DNA of 64,000 bases. Source: Octopus sinensis. Taxonomy: Eukaryota. The stretch is taken from assembly GCF_006345805.1 (NCBI RefSeq), contig NC_043014.1, forward strand, positions 23,436,001-23,500,000, given 5' to 3'. Positions 57,571 to 64,000 of the stretch are shown here, one piece after another. The position numbers and the translations under genes were made by a program. How positions within the stretch are numbered: the first letter of the stretch is position 1; each line of letters opens with the position of its first letter. A model generated the notes under the pieces. That model made no database searches. It saw only the letters and a list, made by a program, of their open reading frames with translations, and had not been told where the DNA came from.

Positions 57571-58349
57571 AATTCTCCCTATCTATATATATAAATGTAT
57601 ATACATATATATATGTATATATATAAATATATATCTATATATATATATATCTATAATATATATAAAATTGAGTTTGTGTGTGTGTAGACATGTTTTTTAT
57701 AGAAATCCACATTCAATGTCTAATTGACCTCAAATTTTATACATAAAGTCCATAAGGTCAGAGCTAGGTCATAGCAAAGAAATTACCCCAGTGATCTGCA
57801 CGCATGATAGGGGGCATAGACATAAAGTTACGTTATGCGCACGTTGCTGAACTTTTGTTCATGCCTTAATTGCTCCGTTTTACACGTTAATGTGTTATTT
57901 TGGCGGGAGAGAGCAAAATGGCTCATGCACCAACACGTTTTGCACCTCTAGCTACCCTTTTGACACATTTTGTGGCCCAGTAAATGAAGCACTTACCCTT
58001 TCTTTGCCAGGCTTCAATGTAATGCTACCTTAAAAAAACCCAGTTGCCAAACGTTTAGTCATTACATTGTTACACTTTTTACTTTGAATAAAGACAGCAA
58101 AAGAACCCATGTTCCTTACTTTTTGCAAGTTCCAATGCGTAACATTGAGCAATAGGCTTTCTTAGTCAAGGGCCCAAGTGGTGGTTCATTGTAAAAAATC
58201 ATGTCAAAGCTTTTGAAGTCCTGTTACTGCTTGCAATAGCTTGCCCATTAATCATACCCACGCCTTAGTTGAGAGACAACAAGGCACACATCATCACCCT
58301 ATTGACACTCACCTTATTGACACTCTTTTGGCTGTTATGAAATTATAAA

Positions 58350-58381
58350 TGGTGGAGATTCCGGGTATCGAACTCAGGTCC
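58350..58381 (-). other. tRNA-Ala-like 3' fragment (T-arm + acceptor 3' strand + CCA)
   Basis: Minus strand GGACCTGAGTTCGATACCCGGAATCTCCACCA; no 5' half upstream. Confidence 0.55.
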
Positions 58382-59449
58382 TATAATGATGTTTGACAAT
58401 AAAGTAAACAGGAAAAACTGTTTTCATGCTGCACTGTAAGGGTGAAGTCCATTGTTGAATGGGGGACGCTATAATTATTAGCCCCAGAAACTATGACGAA
58501 TTAGCTACACCTAGGTAAAACTTTATAAATAGACATAATTTTACCCCCTCCCCCATCCCCCGTAGAAGAGTTTTGTTCTATTGGATTCTGGTAGCAGTAA
58601 TTGCCTGTTTTAGTTTATGCACTTTGTAATTTGTGTTAGGCATTTGTGGAAATATTTTATGCTCAGGGATTTGCCAGAACTTTTTGCCTGTCAGTTTTAA
58701 AATAATTTGTCATATCTGGGTGAGGACAAAAATCTTTTAAGCTATGTTATATTTATGTGAACTTTGAACCCTGCATTGTGGCGAGGTGTGTGAGATAATT
58801 GTACACCTAGTTTTGGTAACAGTTTTGCTGTGAGACAAGATTCAATTGGATTCTGGAAGCTGTGATTGCCTATTTAGTTTCTGTATTTTGTGCTTTGTGT
58901 TAGGCATTTGAGAAATTATTTTATGCTCCAGGAATTCGCCAGAACTTTTTGCTCGTCAATTAAAAAATTTCTGTCATATCAAAATCCAACATTCTACATT
59001 CCAAGGTTGAACAACGAATTAAAAGACAAATTTTATGACATTCCAAGGCTGAAAACTCAAGGTTGAACACTGAATTGATAGACAGATTTTATGTCAAAAT
59101 CCACTGTCAAAATCCGACATTTGAAAACCAAATGTTTACAAAACTGGAAATCTGAATTTTATGAAACCCAAAATTTTTGGAAAGCTACTTTTGAAAAACC
59201 AAGATATGGATTCCGAACTTCTGAACTATATATATATGCTACCCTTGTAACTTTTGACTGCACGTTTGGTGTAGCCTTGGCTGTTTGTTTGTATATATAT
59301 TTGTGATAAGCTGTTTTTATGTTGACAATTAATAATAATTTTACAAAAAATTCATGGTGTGGTGTTGTTTTAAATTCACCCTATCCACGTTGATTCTGTG
59401 AATTCGTGTTGGCCACCAGGTTGTAACATGGCGCACTTAATTAAGCAAA

Positions 59450-60545
59450 AGTCATCCTTTGCCAGGGCTCAGTGCACTACTATGTTACAAACTTCCTTTG
59501 CCAAACTTTTATTCAGACATACTAATGCTAAACTACGCCATTTGGAGCAGTAACTTTTTAGTTCTTGCCAAGTCCAATGTTTAAAATTGTGCACCCAAAT
59601 CCATTCTTAGACACTGTTCATTCCTAGACGTGGATCACTGCATTTCCACATTGAAAAACACTTCAAGGTTTTGAAACCCACTGACTGACTGCAGTACCGT
59701 AAATCCCTTGAAACTTCAACAACGAAAATACTGCATTTTTGCTTACTGCATTCAAAGTGGACCAAAGTCAGGCGATATTTGAACTCAGTTAATGCAGTCC
59801 ACCCATGTACCGATTTACATTGCACTTAACTCGATACACTGTGTATGGAATCAGCAAAACATTGCAGTATTTATATGTTGATGTTTCATGGGATTTCCGG
59901 TAGCTTCTCCCAATAATCAATTTTAAGTTAGACTCGGTGGTAAGACTGCTACTAAAACATTACTACTATGGCGCCCATGTGACATTCAAACGTCCTATAG
60001 CAGAGACAGGCCACTTTCCAGCTTCCGATGGATGTCTTACCTTTCATTGCTATCTTTTCCTTGAGGAGACCCTGGGCTACATTATACTACAGAATTACGC
60101 ATTTCATACAGTGGGAAAAGGCGGACCGGCATTAGTGGGTTACTGTTGACAGGTCAGCCCCTTATTGCAGTTCAACCGTGATACGATCTCCATTGTATAA
60201 CTCCCCCCCTTCTCATGACCTCAGGCAATTAGCCATCCCTTATGTACGTGTTCATGTGTCCCTCCAGATTATTTGACTTATGGGATCGATTTCCCTTTTG
60301 CAACAGCCTGTCCATTCGTTTCTTGAAACTTTCTTAGAAGTCCTCCTGATTAGGACAGTGCTGTGAATCCCACATTTCAGAAAAAAATCCAACCATTCGA
60401 TTACTCTGCCTTCCACCTACTTCCCTCATGGTAAGTTGGTCATAGCCACTATTTGGCTTTCACTTACTTTTCTTTTGCAAAGATATACCCTTTACAGTTT
60501 AAACGGTTGCTACCCATTGTGCACAATAACTCATTAACTCCGCTT
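59450..60545 (-). pseudogene. Decayed FLYWCH zinc finger + MULE-like transposase remnant within the Helitron 5' region
   Basis: Minus: MGSNRLNCKGYIFAKEK*VKAK*WL*PTYHEGSRWKAE...then (frameshift) HCP; further EIDPISQII, LVHFE, DLGAQF and SLAL across frames. Confidence 0.45.
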
Positions 60546-63500
60546 TAATAAGACTTTCTGTTATTTCTGCCCTTCTTACACTCTCTTTCTAGATAAATGC
60601 CACCAAAGGAAAGACCTTTCATTGGACGCAGAACACAGGAAGCGGTTCGACAAGCAAGAAGGAGGTCAAGGAGTCAGCCCAACGGAACAACTAACCATCC
60701 ATTACCGGTGTCACTTGTGTCCCCATTCAACTACTGGCATACCATTCGTCAGCTATGCAAAACAGCTTCACAAGCTGCTGCTCGAGCATCTGAGAGTGAA
60801 GACCAGCGCACTGACCACAGATCTTGAAATGCTGCTGAAACGGACGAACAGCATAGCCTGCGCCTGCTTCGAAACACCAAAGCGACTGCTGCTGCATGGG
60901 CTGATGCAACAGAAGGTCAACGAGCACTATGCTGGTCCCATGATGCGGCATCAAGGGCTTCCACATGAGCTGCCGAACCTGAACCAGCGACGTTCTCAAT
61001 GACAGTCCAGCAATGCAGCCTCAACAGCATCAACCCGAGCTGCTGAAACACCAGAACAGCATTCATGACAGCGGTCACGTAATGCTGCTTTAACTGCATC
61101 TGCGCGAGCTAACAAATCTGAACAGCAACGTACTTAACAACAGTCCAGCAACACAGCCTCTGCAGCTGCTGTTCACAATGCTGAAGCCAATGAAGAAAGA
61201 CAAAGTCGCTTTGCAGCTTCTTCCGCCTGATGAACCCTCCAGCAGGGTCTATCTGTTCCGTGCAGTACACGATGGTTAAGGGAAGCATTTGATTATAATC
61301 ATGATTGTGATTACGCCCAACACCCCAACTTGATGATTTCCTCTATGCAAAAAGTTTGCCCATTCTGCAATGCAAGGAAATAGCCTGGAGAACCATCTGG
61401 TATGTACTGTTCAAATGCAAAGGTTCTCCTTTCCATTTTGGACAACCCACCTGAGCCATTGTGATATCTTTTAACAGGTGCAGACGACGAATGCCGGCAC
61501 TTCCAGAGCAACATGAAAAAGTATAACTGCGCCTTTCAGATGACATCATTTGGTGCGAATATTGTTAGGGAAGGCAGCTTCATGCCTACATTTAAAATTC
61601 AGGGGCAGATTTACCAGATTTCTGGGGCAGAATTGGACCCCTTCAACCTGCTGCCAACGAAACACCGTAGTTTCTCCAGGTGTACTTTGTCGGTGACTAC
61701 AAAACATAAGCAGCACGCCAAAGAACTATCTCCCCCAGCACAAATTTGGAAGTGATTCTTCAACTCCAAGAAATGTTGCACATGCATAACTCCTACGTAA
61801 AGAGCTTTAAGTATGCTTTGGAATTTCCATCAGTGCCGGACTTCACAGTGGTTATTGACGCTGACAAACGGCTGGCAAATAACCATTCTGTAAAGTGCAT
61901 CAATGAGACACACAGAGCATATGACGTGCTCCAATATCCACTTCATTTTGTGCGCGGAGAAGATGGCTACCACCTGGGTCTTCAGCAGCGGGTGCTGCGC
62001 AGACAAAACGAAACGAGTACCAAACAAGTTTTGTGCAAGCAGTTCTACTCATACTCTGCCACAACTGCACTAACCACCTCCAGCGATTGTGCGACCTGTT
62101 CCACCAATTTGCCGTGGATGTTTATGCAAAAATGGAATCTGAGAGGTTATCCTATATCAGGTCTAACCAGCAGAAACTTCGATCAGACAGCTACATCCAT
62201 CTTAGGGATAGTCTCAGTAATGACGTATCACCTGGAGGGTTGGGTCAGGTGTGCATCTTGCTGTCATCTTTCACCAGCGGCCCACGTTACATGCACGAAA
62301 GAACTCAAGACGCAATGATATCCATCCGCTACTACGGGTGTCCTGACTTATTTATCACCTTCACCTGTAATCTTAGGTGTGGAGAGATTGGATTAGAACT
62401 TTTTCAGGGTCAGCAGGCCAATGAGAGACATGATCTCATTGTGTGGGTCTTGCATTTGAAGTTACACAAACTCATCAACCTCATCACCAAAGGCTAAATA
62501 TTTGGCCCCATGCGATGTGACATGTATACCGTCGAATGGCAGAAAAGGGGTCTTCCTCATGCTCATATCCTAATTTGGTTGTCCACACGGATTGCATCCA
62601 ATGCAATTGACAATTTGATCTCAGCCGAGTTCCCTGACCCTGCTATCAACAGGACTCTCTTTGAGATAGTGAAGGATTACATGATCCATGGCCCCTGTGG
62701 ACAAGGATTCAACCTTCGATCAGTTTGCAGCGAGAAATACCCAAAACAATTCCTCCAGGAAACACAATCTGGGCACGATGGGTACCCTCTGTACAGACGA
62801 AGGAAACCAGAGGATGGTGGATTCACAGCGCATATTGATCCGTATGAAATAGGCAACAGATGGATAGTGCCTTACTGCCCAATCCTGTTGAAGGTATTCA
62901 ATGCTCACATAAATGTCGAGCTCTGCAATTCTGTAAAGTCCATCAAGTATGTGTGCAAGTACATCAACAAAGACTGATGCTGCTGTGTTTGGCCAGCAAC
63001 CAGATGGAGTCTTGAGATGGAATAACACAATACCATGTAGGCAGGTACATAAGTAGTAACGAAGCCTTCTGGTGAATTTTCAGGTTTCCACTGCATCAAA
63101 GGCATCCACCAATCCAGCAGCTTGCAGTGCACCTTGAAAACGGCCAGCGTGTGTACTTCACCGCTTCCACTGCAGCCTGACTGATTGAGCAACCAAAAGA
63201 TACAACACTCACGGCTTTCTTCAAACACTGCCATGTAGACCTGTTTGCAAAAGATCTGTTTTATCCTCAAGTCCCATCATACTACACATGCAATAAGTGT
63301 AAGTGGCAGCGAAGAAAGTCAGGCCAAACCGCTGATGGTCACCCTCAGATCAAATTTGATAATTGCCTCGGCATACTGTACACGGTTCACTCGAGCCAAC
63401 ATGCGTCTACCTCCAATTGCTGTTTCACTAGGTAAGGAGTCCAAAGCCCTTTGACCAATTAAAGACCATGAATGGGCATACATGTGCTACGTTCAGGGAG

Positions 63501-63614
63501 GCCTGCTTACTATGTGAGCTACTAGAAGACGGTGCGCAGTGGGATGCTACGCTTGCGGAGGCTACTGTTTCACAGTCACTGAAAAGTCTCAGAGCTCTGT
63601 TTCCTGTCTCCAGC

Positions 63615-63791
63615 ATATAAATAATAATAACATATAAATATATATATATATATAATATAATATATATAAATATATATATATATAAATATATATATAAATA
63701 TATATATATATAAATATATATATAAATATATATATATAAATATATATATATATACATATATATATACATATATATATATATATATTATATA

Positions 63792-63856
<65 letters not shown>

Positions 63857-63886
63857 TATATATATATAATATATATAATAAATATA

Positions 63887-63948
<62 letters not shown>
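63615..63948. repeat. (TA)n microsatellite
   Basis: Seen directly. Confidence 0.97.
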
Positions 63949-63950
<2 letters not shown>

Positions 63951-64000
63951 TTCAGCAAAATTTAGATTAAGCTGAATTTGGTACTGAAGTTAAAGGCACC

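Larger units (their letters stand above)
57650..63615 (+). mobile_element. Helitron, 3'-truncated and decayed (Rep region; helicase absent)
   Basis: A|TC 5' end (TCTATAATATATATAAAATTGAG). From 60597: MPPKERPFIGRRT, 23-aa repeats, YNCAFQMTSFG, PDLFITFTCN, VEWQKRGLPHAHIL (HUH), YPLYRRR, SIKYVCKYINK, TFREAC..LLED..WD.TL.EA. Ends in (TA)n. Confidence 0.9.

Overview
AT-rich, microsatellite-laden animal genomic DNA. The SINE and RTE-tail repeat families suggest a cephalopod, probably Octopus (inference from recalled repeat consensus, not a search). One host gene is supported: the 3' part of an interference hedgehog (ihog/boi, CDON/BOC family) gene on the + strand. Its eight phase-compatible exons run from 11813 to 30616 and encode two fibronectin-III domains, a poly-Ser stalk, a transmembrane helix and a long low-complexity tail; the Ig-domain exons were not identified and probably lie upstream of the window. 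The rest is mostly decayed mobile DNA: RTE, L1/Tx1 and Penelope-like retroelements, a compact Gypsy-type LTR element, Tc1/mariner and hAT remnants, tRNA-derived SINEs and a 3'-truncated Helitron. Most notable are a Penelope-type hammerhead ribozyme with an intact core inside a foldback in a probable ihog intron, a degenerate second hammerhead, an RTE C-terminus with three C2H2 fingers, and a Helitron whose 5' region carries an antisense FLYWCH-MULE remnant and a tRNA-Ala-like 3' fragment with encoded CCA. There are also several long hairpins and a locally templated insertion. Nothing here establishes a new biological system; these are candidates to test.
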